From: a virus
Virus record (IMG/VR): IMGVR_UViG_3300021142_002226
Coordinates: 1 to 64,000 of that record
Direction: 5' to 3' (one strand)
DNA length: 64,000 bases
Position numbers and translations under genes: made by a program. Of this stretch, positions 30,073-41,603 are shown piece by piece (position 1 is the stretch's first letter; each line of letters begins with the position of its first letter). The notes beneath the pieces were generated by a model. The model saw only the letters and a program-made list of their open reading frames with translations. It was not told the DNA's origin and did not search any database.

Positions 30073-31284
30073 TTATAATGTGTATGTATGTGTTACATAC
30101 GTATTTTTTATATAATTATCGGATAGTTTCGAATACTGTACAAGTATTGAAAAATCTTTAGTATTTTTACATTGATTCAATGAGAAAAATTGAGATAAAT
30201 CCAAACTTGCTTTGACTCTGAAATTATATCCAATAGGTGATTTATTGTAATCATCAAAATGGTCTTTAATCATATATGAATTCGTTAGATACGAATAACT
30301 TCTTTCCGAATAATTTAATGTTATTTGTTGATTAGAGCCTGACAAGTAAACTAATGGTTGTCTATAAGGTGGATCAGTACCTATTGTATAAGGGTTTGGT
30401 ATCCATCTATATAATATATCGTTTGTGAAATTATATGTTGTACCAGTAGTTCTATATTGTTGCAAATTACTCAAAGTCATAGGTACTTTATTAGTACCAA
30501 GAACGATAAATAGATTGATAGTCAAATTTTCAGATGTACCTGTTGGGTTATAAACCAAATTTTCGGCACCATAAAACCTGAAATAAAAATCAAAATATGC
30601 ATGATAATTTTCACCCATTACTAATTCATCACCCTTTATAATTTGACTATATGCCAAATTATCTGTAGATTTAGCCAATGCATTTGAACCTATAAAGGAT
30701 AAATCAAATATATTAGTTTGTTGTTGCAACTTAGAATTGATATAATGATATTTGTTCACCGCAATATTATCTACAGGATATAAGTCAAAATTTTGAATTA
30801 AATCACTTAAAGTTACAGAGGAACCGTAGGCTGTTCTTAAGTATATACCATTTAATCCAGATAAATCATATTGTCTATACGGATCAACATCTTTATATGT
30901 CATTGCGGCATAACTACTGTAAATATTTAATTCTGGATTATATAATATAAAATCTCTGAAATTAGTTTTGTTTATACCCAACAATGCATGGTTTACATTT
31001 TTGTTATCAATAATATCTCCACGATTTTTGAGTACAGTGAATACTTCTTTAAACCCATTAGTATAACCACTTGAATTGGTAATACCAATTACATTTTGAT
31101 TAACTAAATTTGGATCAAAAGAAGAATCCGCTAAAACATTATAATTTGTTTCCGTATCCGATAAAGAAAATTGGGTAATAAGGTCGGCCAATCCACCAAC
31201 ATTATTATTTCGATATAAAGCATCTTTACCTGCATCTGTAAGATACACAACAAATTCATTAGTATTTCCTGTAATATAACCCAT
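30073..31284 (-). CDS. Putative baseplate/tail protein
   Basis: VYLTDAGKDAL N-terminal motif. Confidence 0.65.
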   Translation of the reverse strand: MGYITGNTNEFVVYLTDAGKDALYRNNNVGGLADLITQFSLSDTETNYNVLADSSFDPNLVNQNVIGITNSSGYTNGFKEVFTVLKNRGDIIDNKNVNHALLGINKTNFRDFILYNPELNIYSSYAAMTYKDVDPYRQYDLSGLNGIYLRTAYGSSVTLSDLIQNFDLYPVDNIAVNKYHYINSKLQQQTNIFDLSFIGSNALAKSTDNLAYSQIIKGDELVMGENYHAYFDFYFRFYGAENLVYNPTGTSENLTINLFIVLGTNKVPMTLSNLQQYRTTGTTYNFTNDILYRWIPNPYTIGTDPPYRQPLVYLSGSNQQITLNYSERSYSYLTNSYMIKDHFDDYNKSPIGYNFRVKASLDLSQFFSLNQCKNTKDFSILVQYSKLSDNYIKNTYVTHTYTL

Positions 31285-31285
31285 T

Positions 31286-34087
31286 TTAAAAATCTATTGT
31301 TGCTTGTAATGAAATAATATCCGAATTATATTTTCTTGTTATTGGTTGACTAAATTTACCAATAGCCACCAAATTATCGCTTGCATCATAAATACCGACT
31401 TCCGTAAAAGCTACTTTATTTCTATTAGAGTCAAAAGTAGGGTTTTGTGATGTTACAAATGTATTAGGTAACACATTAAATGTAAAGATTGTTTTATACG
31501 TTGTGGCTTTAATATCTGTTTGCACATTACCGTAAAAGAATACCTCATCACCAAATGTTAATCCTGTAATATTTGTTGGTGTTGGTAAAGAAACAATAGT
31601 CCCAATATCATAGTAATCATTTACACTATTATCTATTATGGATTTATCAATATATGCTAATAAATTATTTATATTTGATGCCGTCATTGGAGCGGTTGTT
31701 GTATAAGCTCCACTATTATCGAGGTAATAAAGCGTAAGAACATCACCAGCTGATGGTGTAAAAGTAGTTAGCTCAACCCTTCTATTAGCAGTTGTACCTG
31801 TAGTAAAAACACCATAGTTATTATCCGATACCAAATTACCATTTTTGAATAAATAAACCGTATTATTATTAGGTTGGTAATCTAATGTAAGACAAACATT
31901 ACCAGAACCATTTAAATAAATACCATTCAAATATGTATATCCAGAAAACGATGATGGTGTTGTAACACTTTGAGTAATTGTACTCGCTGTTGTTGTAGAA
32001 CCATATAAATAACCAAGTTCAACGTAATAACCAGATGTATTAAAAATTGGATTAATTTTGAAAATAGGTGTTCCGTTTGTAGAACCAGTCACACTTAATG
32101 GATACTGCCAATAATCGCCATCAACACCAACATTTGCCGCTGATGATGCTTGTTTCAATAAAGAACCTGTCGATGCAATAGAACTTATAAAAACCAAAAC
32201 ATCACCTATTGGTTGATATGTTGTTGTTATATTTGATGGACTTTTTGGTAAGTAAATTGTATCTTTTCTGAAATAAAATTGTTGTTGTGAAGGTATTCCA
32301 ACAGGCAAACATCCATTTGTACCAATAAATTGACCTAAATTATATTTTCTCCATTCTGTTGGATCTGGAACTTCACCTATTGCTGTTTTTTGCCATAATA
32401 AATAAATATTATCAGCGCTAAAGCCTAACCCATTTTCAGAACCATAATCTTTCAAATATGAAAATTCAGAATATGTGGTTGTTGTTGCCTTTTTAGGGAA
32501 TTGGAATAATATATCTTGAGCTTTAGTATAAACATTTTCCATTGTCTGATAATTCTCACATTGGATGCCAGTAACATTTTTTGAATTTGTTAAATAATAG
32601 CTCAAATGTATAGCTTCATTTGGTTGTAAAGCCCCACCTATATTAGCTCCCACACAATGTCCAACGTCAACAAGTGACACTTTTGGAGTTGGTAATGTCC
32701 AGTTTCTATTTGCTTTATATGACATCGCAGTTATTAATTCTGGATCTTCAATCAAAATAATTTTTTCATTAATTAAAACTTTACCAACAACATTAGCATC
32801 AGCTTCCTGATCAATCAAATCGTAATATTGAACAGTTCCGTTTATTGTTTTCAGTGTTGAGTCACAAATGAAGGTATACCCTATAGTATTACCCAATCCA
32901 GTACCGCCAAATTGTTGTTTATGCCACATTAAATATGGTAAAGTGAGCGTCAATGAATTTTCATAAAAACCCTCGCCATAAAAATTATCAATTGTGTTAT
33001 TTGTATAGTGAATTATACCAACTTTATTTATTGTTTGTGTATACCCTGTAACTTGTGAGTTACCTTTTGTTGTACCTGTAACTATTGTAAGAGGGTTAAC
33101 TGTTAAATACACATTCGATAAATACTGATATTCAATTACAGTACCTTCATAATTTTTACCGTTGGAATACTCAGAATCTTTATATTTGGTTAAATCAAGA
33201 CCTGCTAAATCTCTTATATTAACAATGTTCATATTCCAAACAGGAACATCAACTTTTGTTCTTTGGCTTGGATCGCTTGTGAAATCTAATACTCCATTTG
33301 ACCAATAAGCTATTGGTGTTGTTTTATCATAATAATCTGGTATCGTATTTGTACCAGGATAAATAAAACCTTTGACACGACAATTTTTAGCAAATGGTGG
33401 TAAATTTCTATCAAGACCAAAATTAATCATTTGGTTGTTTGTTATACCAGTTAAAACTAAATCTGTACCAGAATTTACACTTGTAATCTGATACATCAAA
33501 TATTGTATAGGATCCGCATCTATATATGGTGTTAGATTAGCGGTATGACCTGTATAATAATCGTGCTGTAAGAATTTTAAAAATAAATAATCACCTTGTT
33601 TTACATTTTGAGTATAACCAGTATTCATTAGGCTTGTGGTATAACCTGTACCAACACCGAAATCAACAAAGTTTGGAGATATGGTGGTATCAACGTATTT
33701 TAAGTTTATTGAATTTGTATTACCAGATATAATACCAGTAAGGTTATACAATGATGTTAATGTATAGTCAATTAAGTTGTGAGTTGACCCACTGAAAAAT
33801 CCTCTATCCTTAGCTGTTGCTGTTGATATTATTGGATATGGTGTTATTGTTGTTATAGGTACTTTATATGTTGAACCGTTATAACTTACAGGAAATAATA
33901 TATCGTGGTTATTATCAACTGGCCTCAATATATTTACAGATGGAATATTACTATTCGTATAATCCATTTCTCCATCTCCAAGACTAAATGTTGAGAAGTC
34001 CAACTCTCCAGATGCAAGGTTTATTCTACCCAAATCTGTGAGTTTTACATTCACTAACGGTTGATTTCTTTTTAAAATATAGCTCAT
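31286..34087 (-). CDS. Baseplate/tail-collar-like structural protein
   Basis: ATG at 34087 (MSYILK); VKLTDLGRINL at the N-terminus and FTEVGIYDASDNLVAIGKFSQPI at the C-terminus. Confidence 0.7.
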   Translation of the reverse strand: MSYILKRNQPLVNVKLTDLGRINLASGELDFSTFSLGDGEMDYTNSNIPSVNILRPVDNNHDILFPVSYNGSTYKVPITTITPYPIISTATAKDRGFFSGSTHNLIDYTLTSLYNLTGIISGNTNSINLKYVDTTISPNFVDFGVGTGYTTSLMNTGYTQNVKQGDYLFLKFLQHDYYTGHTANLTPYIDADPIQYLMYQITSVNSGTDLVLTGITNNQMINFGLDRNLPPFAKNCRVKGFIYPGTNTIPDYYDKTTPIAYWSNGVLDFTSDPSQRTKVDVPVWNMNIVNIRDLAGLDLTKYKDSEYSNGKNYEGTVIEYQYLSNVYLTVNPLTIVTGTTKGNSQVTGYTQTINKVGIIHYTNNTIDNFYGEGFYENSLTLTLPYLMWHKQQFGGTGLGNTIGYTFICDSTLKTINGTVQYYDLIDQEADANVVGKVLINEKIILIEDPELITAMSYKANRNWTLPTPKVSLVDVGHCVGANIGGALQPNEAIHLSYYLTNSKNVTGIQCENYQTMENVYTKAQDILFQFPKKATTTTYSEFSYLKDYGSENGLGFSADNIYLLWQKTAIGEVPDPTEWRKYNLGQFIGTNGCLPVGIPSQQQFYFRKDTIYLPKSPSNITTTYQPIGDVLVFISSIASTGSLLKQASSAANVGVDGDYWQYPLSVTGSTNGTPIFKINPIFNTSGYYVELGYLYGSTTTASTITQSVTTPSSFSGYTYLNGIYLNGSGNVCLTLDYQPNNNTVYLFKNGNLVSDNNYGVFTTGTTANRRVELTTFTPSAGDVLTLYYLDNSGAYTTTAPMTASNINNLLAYIDKSIIDNSVNDYYDIGTIVSLPTPTNITGLTFGDEVFFYGNVQTDIKATTYKTIFTFNVLPNTFVTSQNPTFDSNRNKVAFTEVGIYDASDNLVAIGKFSQPITRKYNSDIISLQATIDF

Positions 34088-34115
34088 ATCTTTATAATAA
34101 ATATTTTGTTTTTGA

Positions 34116-37100
34116 TTATATTGTAAATTGGTTTGGTATTGTAAAATGGCTTGTTTTTGTTCCATTCAAACCATTAATGTTTAATGTTATTAATTCATTT
34201 CTTGTAACATTTGGTAATATTACAGTTCTTGTTTCATTTGTACCACTTATACTTGATGATGATACCACCTGAGCTGTACTTATAGGATTGTTTGTTGTCT
34301 TATCAAATAATGAAACCGAATTGTAATATGCACTATCAAATATTGATGAAGAATTTAAAATACTATAAGTAAAGGTTAATGTCAATGTGTCATTAGGTGC
34401 CACGTTGATTACCTGGTCAAATACAGAACCACTATTTAAGGTAGATGAACCTGAAACACTTCCAGAAGAACTTGTCCACACAGCATAAACTGGTGAAGCA
34501 CCATTTTGATTCACGATGACTCTGATGTTGTAACCATATACAAATGTTGATGGTGAGGATACAACATTTTGAGCCATTAAGCTCGAATTTAACGTAGAAA
34601 GTAAAGCAACGTTTGATTGGAATAGAATACCAAAAATTATGGACGCACTATGAGAACATGGATCGCTTATACTTAATTTAGCGATAAATTCGCCTGTTTT
34701 AGGTAAACCAACAACATCTATATCAAAATAATAATCCAAGATAATATCGCTTCCAGCAAGTCTGTAACCCACAGAACCGTATTTCTTGACACCATTTAAA
34801 GTGTTATCTTTTGCATCATAATATTTATCCAACGCATTTTTTAATCTCGCATCTACACCATTATTAACCACACCATTTATTGTGGTACCTGTAAAATCAT
34901 GATTAGTGAAATTTGGTTTTAACGTTAAATTATTTCTGTAGATATACAAATTATTTTTAACAGCATCAGTTAAATCGTAATTGTCTGATTCATAAACACT
35001 TACTTTAGTTCTATCTTTATAGAATTTGAATGATTCAACAAGACAGAAATCAGATTTTGACCAATTTGCCGTATCCTGGAATGGTAATAATGTCATAACA
35101 GAAGCAACATTACTGATGTAACTATAAAGAACACCTCTTGATACAGCATATTTATAAACATGATATAAAGAATATTGATTATATGTTCTTGTTAATGAAA
35201 ACTCTCTCGGACAATTTATAGCACTACCGTTGCATAAATATTCAAATATTGGTGAAAAGTTTTCATTATAATAATCACTTACAAAACATCCAGGCAACCC
35301 AGAAGGATCATAATCATAACTTCTATTATAGGTTGCATTTATATTATAGTAATACCTATTAGGTATTGATGATTCAGTATAACCAGTTATTAAATTATTA
35401 TTAGTTGTAAAACCAGCATGTGTTATATCAGAATTGTTCATGATATAATCACCTACCACGAAAGGTGTATTAAAATAAGTTGATGAATTGGCGAATTTAT
35501 AATATTTGAGTACGTTAATTTGGTTAATTTCACCTATATCAATATATGTGGAATAAGATGCAATTGTTCCTGTAGAACCTGTCGGTACCTGAGCATCGTA
35601 ATCTGAACCACCTACATTAGTAAGTTCTTGTAATTTCCATCCTTTCAAATTTCCTAACGAGTCTGCTGGAATTAAATTTGGTAAACGTATTGCTGTATTA
35701 AAATCTCTTCGTGGTGTACCAGAGTAAGGCCCAGGGTAACTGTTGAAAGGGTTTGTTGCATTAAATACTGTACCACCAGTGGTTAATGAAGTCCAGTGGC
35801 CGTAAGTGTTAGTAATAGGATCATCTGAAAATGAAAATGGTACAGAACTACGTATATTTTTATACAATTTATAATCATTTACATTCAAAGCTATAACAGT
35901 ATCATGACTATTCCATATTCTACCGTTTGAATTTCCAGTTACACCAGTATAATATATCATTGGTTTATTATATATAAACCTATATATGTTACCAGCATAT
36001 AAAACTAAATTACCAAACGATAAATTAAGTGTGGAACCTGTTTCGATATAATTTATTGTATTATCGTTTGTGAATGGATATATATTAGTTTGGTTAACAT
36101 GATAATGAAAAACTCTTTCATAACCCCAAGGACTAAAATTCTTTGGATCAAATTTCGTTAATTCTTCAAAACATGAATGTGAACCATTAGGTTGATATAT
36201 TTCATTAATCTTGTATGGTACAACCGTAGTTCCAGATGTAATTTTATAACAATGGTATGGTGTAATATCTTCAACGCAAACATATAATCTATCAACGTTT
36301 ACTGTTTTAATACTATAAGTCCCACCTGTACTTACAACAACCGTTTTGTAATTGTTAATTGTCACTTTAACAATGTCATTGAGATTATAATTCATAATTG
36401 CAGGATTGAAGTATTCAGCTACAGATAACATTTGTTGATATATATCTGTACTGTAAACTTCATTTTCCAACTCATAAGTTGTGCCTGTAATTTGAACTCT
36501 TCTTGTACCATAAATATTATTGGTGTTATTCAAGTCAAGTCTTGTATAATCTAAAATACCAGAATCATATGCTTGAAAAAGTTGTACACTTTGAGTGTTA
36601 CCAGTACCAATAATAGTTTTATTATTTAAAGTTGATTTAGACGGTTCGTATGTGCTATAATTATCAACTGTAAAGTATCTTCTACCAATTTGTTTACCAA
36701 TTATGATATTATTTGTAACCGAACCACCTTCGTAGAATTCTGGTACATTACCAAGATAATAATCAGCTGCTGTTATATTATAAACGCTATCAGAGGCATA
36801 ATATCCTTTAGTTGACGGTATACTATATGGTAATTTTTTCGTTATAATATTAAAATTGAAATCTACTTTATCATATTTAATATCTTTATCATATAATGTT
36901 TTTTGTTGATCAGTAATTACAGGATCATTTGTTAGTTTTTTATAGTAATCAACATACAATTTATTATACATCAATACAGGATCTGTTGAGTGATTATATG
37001 CAACTCTTGGTGTATTTAAGAAATAATAATTTGTATATGGTGAACTATCACTATATGTGTAATTATCCACACCAACAATAGAATTTGTTGTAGTTGTACC

Positions 37101-40100
37101 TGTTTGAGCATCATATTTAGCAATTAATGGTGCAATCGATAAACCATATTCTATATCCGTACCGTAATTCACTTTACGTCCAGTGTTGAAAGCTACTCTA
37201 AATCTACCGTCATCAACTGGGTTATATAAATTTCTATCAGGTTCATTATATACATAATCAATAACCTCATATCTTGACAATGTACAATCATTTGTAACTG
37301 GTTCTATTGCAAAATATAACTTTTGATTTTTTTGGAACCCACCTTCGTATATAAAATTATATATTCTATTATCAGGTAAATCATTTCCAGAAAAAGAAAA
37401 CTGTTGAGCTTCTACAGCAATACCATTAGAGTCAAGTAAATATAAATTCACTGTCTGTGATATATTTAACGATGATTCAAAATAAAGTTGGAAATCAAAT
37501 TTTAAATATGAATTATATTTGACAAGAAAAAATCCAGGGTTAGAAACAGATAGAGCTATATTATCAGATACGGTTGAAAAATTGGTATTCAATGATTGTA
37601 TCGACACATAATTCTTTTCATTTGCAACCAATGGTAGACTATCATTTAATGTTAATATTAAAGCTTCATCAGCACGAGGTTCATAAAACGGCCCTACATT
37701 ATCAGGATTAATAGTATAAAAACCATCAAAATCGAATATAAAATTATCATTCATATATAGAACATGGTCAAGAACCGTGTCTTTTACAACAAGTGTTGTT
37801 CCTGATGTTGCACCAGAATAAACATATTGTAAGTTAAATGCTTTATTTAAATTTATCGAAATTAGATTTTTTGTTGGGTCAAGGTTGATTTTATTAATAT
37901 AAGCTGGATCTATATGCATCAAAGGGTCTGTAGTTGTTCTACCAGAATAATTTTGATACATATCACCAAGATATGTTGTACTAACTTTCAAACCACTTGT
38001 TGGACTTACCACAGGTGTTGTTGATGTTCCTGTAATTACGGTTGTACCTGTTACAACATATGTTGTATTTGGTGTTGGTAAATATTCAATTAAATCCCCA
38101 TTATAATAGGTAGTACCTAAAGTCCATATTTTACGTTTTTTATATGGTGTAATCCAATTACCAGACTTACCAAAAACGTAGTCTGAAGGTTTAGATGTTC
38201 CGATATTTTTAGAGTAACCATAATATTTGGGTTGTCTAATCGTTCTATGTGTTCCGTATTCATCAACATAATTTGCTATTGATGGGTATGTAGTTCCAGT
38301 ACGTGAGTTGAATGAACTTAAACTAATTGTTCTACCAGAGTAATCATAAAAACAAACGTGTGGTGGAGGTGATGGACATGTAAAATTAATACCAATATCA
38401 ATATGAGCAAACCCCATACTAATAGATTTCAAGAAATACTCACGTTCATCACTATTTGGTAATGGGTTATTGACACCATCACAATCTGGGAAAGTTATTG
38501 TTTTAGCATTAGTATATCTTGGTATGTGTGTATATAATGGACTACCACTATAAGTTAAAACAACAGCATTTGTTGAGTTGTTTTTATAAATAAAATGTGA
38601 GTGATCTGGTGTTTGGTAATATGTTGTACCTGATGTAACAATAGTTGTTAATGGTTCAATTGTACCGACACTATTATAAAATGATGTACCAAAAGGATAA
38701 TTTGCCGCATAAGTTCTTATAGCAGCAACCGTGTTCAGACGATATAATTCTCCATGATATGTTACAAATACACCATATCTTCTAAGTTTTGTTGTATCTA
38801 AATTATACAATAAACTTGTTGATGTTGTGGCACCTGAAGGACTTGTAATGTTACCTTTGTAATCAGATGTTGTGTAATCTTTATTTGAAATCCACTTGAA
38901 AAAATTAAATCCTGTACCACAATATTCTGAATTGGAATATTGAACACCGAAATATTGGTTGATTGTTGGATCGATACCTTTAATTTTTTTACCGATTAAA
39001 CCTTCCAAACCAACACTAATTGGTGTTGCTGTGATTGATTGTCTTAATGTTCCAACTGAATTTACAGCTGAAGATCCTTCATAAACTGGTTTTTTAGCAG
39101 TCGTTTGGAATTCTGAACCTTCAGTACCTAACCAAGCTAAATCGTTATTTTCACCGTGTTTGTAAACAAATTTATTATCAAGATGTGAGCTATTTCTTAT
39201 CTTTTTACCAGTATTAATTATTGATGTTGCTGGAATAAACTGTTGTATAAGGTTAACCCAATGAGTATCAAACAACCCAAGGAACTCAAGAGCTTTAGCA
39301 TTTGTTACATAATCTCCACTTAATTTCAAGAAATCAAAATAAATTTTTGATAAAGTTGGATATGTAACAATCGTTTTTCTTGTCTCTACAGGTATGTATT
39401 TTTCTAATACCTCTCTTAGATATTGATTAAATGTTATTGAATTCGGTGTTATTGGATTTGTATATCCAGTGCTCAATGTTGAATCAATATTAATATTATT
39501 ACTCGCATAATATTTGTATATTGTGTGGTCTATAATTCTATCACTTGACAAATAAACCTCAAGTTCTTTTGTATTGATAGACAATCTTGAGTCTTGTTCG
39601 TAATAATAAGTTGAGTATGCATCAGAGTCATTTTCTCTATACAATGGCGTTTCAGTATAAACCCATGATTTTTGGTTATCAATGGTTCTAAATATATCAA
39701 AACCTTTTACACTATCAAAATTTCTGAACGCATCAAGATATTTCTTACCAAAGTCATAAGGCCCTACATTTTGGGAATCTTGTGTCAAATATCCGCCAGA
39801 TTCTTGAAATGCAACATTTGATGGTATTGTAGGATAACCATCTCCATCAAAAGGATATACACCAAGTAAATATGTAGGATCTACAACATCTGATAAATTA
39901 TAGATTTTGTTCAATTTATCAATCGGATCAACTTTATCTGACGCTAAGTAAACATATTCAGTTATTTCTGTTATATAATCAGGGATACCAGCTATTTTTA
40001 AAATGAACTCTATCGATTTTCTGGTACCTTTTGATTTAAATAAATAAAATGCGTTAATAGCAATTCTTCTCCACAATTCAATATCTAATTCAACTGGAGT

Positions 40101-41603
40101 GATATCTGAAACTAATTTATAATCCGATGTGTTAAAAAATGATTGTATTAATGTATCTTGATCTTCTATTTCAAAAGTTTCAAGACCTAACATATGAGCA
40201 AAGTTTTTTACTAAAACATCTGGGATATTTTCAACCTTATCATATGTTAAATTGGTCATATAGGTTAAGCCGTCAACATATCTTTTAACGTCATCAAAGT
40301 ATCTACCATATAAGTTGAAAATAATTTGTGCTTTTTTATCTACTGTATCAAAATCTTTTAAAGAGTCCGTTGTTAAAAATCTTGATATTAAATTTGTTTT
40401 ATATGCATCGAAGTCGTCTGATATTGTATTTAGTTGTGTTAAAAAATCATCAAACTTAGAATCAAATAAATTTACGTTTACTTCATCATAAACTGGAAAA
40501 TATATTGCTCTTTTGTTCAATACAGTATCACCATTATCATTTGTTTCAGGCACAACAAATTCAGATTTGTATGCTTGTGTTGTTTCATCATAATTCAATA
40601 AAAATTGTCCAAGATCTGATATATTTTGGAAAAATTCATTAAATTTTTCAGCTGACGGTTTTATATAAAAAAGAACGTTTGCTTCGTTGTTTGTGTTTAA
40701 TTTATCTAAGAATGGCCTTCCGTTGGTTGTAATCACCAAACCATTAGCTAAATCAGATGTAGATGTTGGTAGTGATACACTAATGATTGGGTATTCTGTA
40801 CCATTGTAATAAATTACAAAATCTGTGTAATTTTTACCGAAATTTCTCAATGGGGTAAGCGTAGGATCGTCAACTTTTGTAAGTGATTTTGATGTGTAAT
40901 CAATTCCAAATGGGTTAAACAGATTACCTATATTAACTTTGAATGTTGCTCTATTAGTTGCTGTTAAATTAACATAATTAGTTACAGACGGATATAATAT
41001 TGAAATTGGTGACGCTTTGATACCGCCTGGGAAATCTTGTGTGATTTCAATAATTGTATTTTTTATTCTCTCTTTTAACGATGAGAATAAAACATAGTTT
41101 TCAAGTTTGCGTTTGTCAAACAATATTGTTGCGGTAAGATTACTTTGAACGTTGTTGTTTACAAAATCAACTAATTGTGATGAATTTATCCCAGCCTTTT
41201 GACTTATAATATTGGCTGTGAACTTTTGAGTTGGGTCTGCTTGAGAAACTTGTGTTGCAGTTGTGTTTTGAACAATATAACTTTTACCAAGTGTAAAATT
41301 GCCAAGAGTAAAAAAAGGATCTCCTTTATCTACCTCAGTTGTTGAGTTAGCAAATTGTAAACCAACCAATTTATCACCAAAAACGTCTTTACCGAACGCC
41401 GCAAGTTTACCTTGTTGAACGTAATATCTTAATGTTTTATCGTACTCAAGATATGTTGAGCATGGTACATATTTTGTTTGACCGTTAACTATATAAGTTC
41501 TGTAACCGCTACAACCTAATTCGGCTGAACGTGTAAGCGCCTCTTGTGCGGTATCAAATAAATCACCAATTATTGGTGTACTACTAAAACTCAAGTCAGC
41601 CAT
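34116..41603 (-). CDS. 2495-aa baseplate wedge-associated protein (P2 gpI / T4 gp7-like core)
   Basis: PDVLVKNFAHMLG...WRRIAINAFYLFKSKGTRKSIEFIL motif, followed by a long T/G/Y-rich region. Confidence 0.65.
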   Translation of the reverse strand: MADLSFSSTPIIGDLFDTAQEALTRSAELGCSGYRTYIVNGQTKYVPCSTYLEYDKTLRYYVQQGKLAAFGKDVFGDKLVGLQFANSTTEVDKGDPFFTLGNFTLGKSYIVQNTTATQVSQADPTQKFTANIISQKAGINSSQLVDFVNNNVQSNLTATILFDKRKLENYVLFSSLKERIKNTIIEITQDFPGGIKASPISILYPSVTNYVNLTATNRATFKVNIGNLFNPFGIDYTSKSLTKVDDPTLTPLRNFGKNYTDFVIYYNGTEYPIISVSLPTSTSDLANGLVITTNGRPFLDKLNTNNEANVLFYIKPSAEKFNEFFQNISDLGQFLLNYDETTQAYKSEFVVPETNDNGDTVLNKRAIYFPVYDEVNVNLFDSKFDDFLTQLNTISDDFDAYKTNLISRFLTTDSLKDFDTVDKKAQIIFNLYGRYFDDVKRYVDGLTYMTNLTYDKVENIPDVLVKNFAHMLGLETFEIEDQDTLIQSFFNTSDYKLVSDITPVELDIELWRRIAINAFYLFKSKGTRKSIEFILKIAGIPDYITEITEYVYLASDKVDPIDKLNKIYNLSDVVDPTYLLGVYPFDGDGYPTIPSNVAFQESGGYLTQDSQNVGPYDFGKKYLDAFRNFDSVKGFDIFRTIDNQKSWVYTETPLYRENDSDAYSTYYYEQDSRLSINTKELEVYLSSDRIIDHTIYKYYASNNINIDSTLSTGYTNPITPNSITFNQYLREVLEKYIPVETRKTIVTYPTLSKIYFDFLKLSGDYVTNAKALEFLGLFDTHWVNLIQQFIPATSIINTGKKIRNSSHLDNKFVYKHGENNDLAWLGTEGSEFQTTAKKPVYEGSSAVNSVGTLRQSITATPISVGLEGLIGKKIKGIDPTINQYFGVQYSNSEYCGTGFNFFKWISNKDYTTSDYKGNITSPSGATTSTSLLYNLDTTKLRRYGVFVTYHGELYRLNTVAAIRTYAANYPFGTSFYNSVGTIEPLTTIVTSGTTYYQTPDHSHFIYKNNSTNAVVLTYSGSPLYTHIPRYTNAKTITFPDCDGVNNPLPNSDEREYFLKSISMGFAHIDIGINFTCPSPPPHVCFYDYSGRTISLSSFNSRTGTTYPSIANYVDEYGTHRTIRQPKYYGYSKNIGTSKPSDYVFGKSGNWITPYKKRKIWTLGTTYYNGDLIEYLPTPNTTYVVTGTTVITGTSTTPVVSPTSGLKVSTTYLGDMYQNYSGRTTTDPLMHIDPAYINKINLDPTKNLISINLNKAFNLQYVYSGATSGTTLVVKDTVLDHVLYMNDNFIFDFDGFYTINPDNVGPFYEPRADEALILTLNDSLPLVANEKNYVSIQSLNTNFSTVSDNIALSVSNPGFFLVKYNSYLKFDFQLYFESSLNISQTVNLYLLDSNGIAVEAQQFSFSGNDLPDNRIYNFIYEGGFQKNQKLYFAIEPVTNDCTLSRYEVIDYVYNEPDRNLYNPVDDGRFRVAFNTGRKVNYGTDIEYGLSIAPLIAKYDAQTGTTTTNSIVGVDNYTYSDSSPYTNYYFLNTPRVAYNHSTDPVLMYNKLYVDYYKKLTNDPVITDQQKTLYDKDIKYDKVDFNFNIITKKLPYSIPSTKGYYASDSVYNITAADYYLGNVPEFYEGGSVTNNIIIGKQIGRRYFTVDNYSTYEPSKSTLNNKTIIGTGNTQSVQLFQAYDSGILDYTRLDLNNTNNIYGTRRVQITGTTYELENEVYSTDIYQQMLSVAEYFNPAIMNYNLNDIVKVTINNYKTVVVSTGGTYSIKTVNVDRLYVCVEDITPYHCYKITSGTTVVPYKINEIYQPNGSHSCFEELTKFDPKNFSPWGYERVFHYHVNQTNIYPFTNDNTINYIETGSTLNLSFGNLVLYAGNIYRFIYNKPMIYYTGVTGNSNGRIWNSHDTVIALNVNDYKLYKNIRSSVPFSFSDDPITNTYGHWTSLTTGGTVFNATNPFNSYPGPYSGTPRRDFNTAIRLPNLIPADSLGNLKGWKLQELTNVGGSDYDAQVPTGSTGTIASYSTYIDIGEINQINVLKYYKFANSSTYFNTPFVVGDYIMNNSDITHAGFTTNNNLITGYTESSIPNRYYYNINATYNRSYDYDPSGLPGCFVSDYYNENFSPIFEYLCNGSAINCPREFSLTRTYNQYSLYHVYKYAVSRGVLYSYISNVASVMTLLPFQDTANWSKSDFCLVESFKFYKDRTKVSVYESDNYDLTDAVKNNLYIYRNNLTLKPNFTNHDFTGTTINGVVNNGVDARLKNALDKYYDAKDNTLNGVKKYGSVGYRLAGSDIILDYYFDIDVVGLPKTGEFIAKLSISDPCSHSASIIFGILFQSNVALLSTLNSSLMAQNVVSSPSTFVYGYNIRVIVNQNGASPVYAVWTSSSGSVSGSSTLNSGSVFDQVINVAPNDTLTLTFTYSILNSSSIFDSAYYNSVSLFDKTTNNPISTAQVVSSSSISGTNETRTVILPNVTRNELITLNINGLNGTKTSHFTIPNQFTI

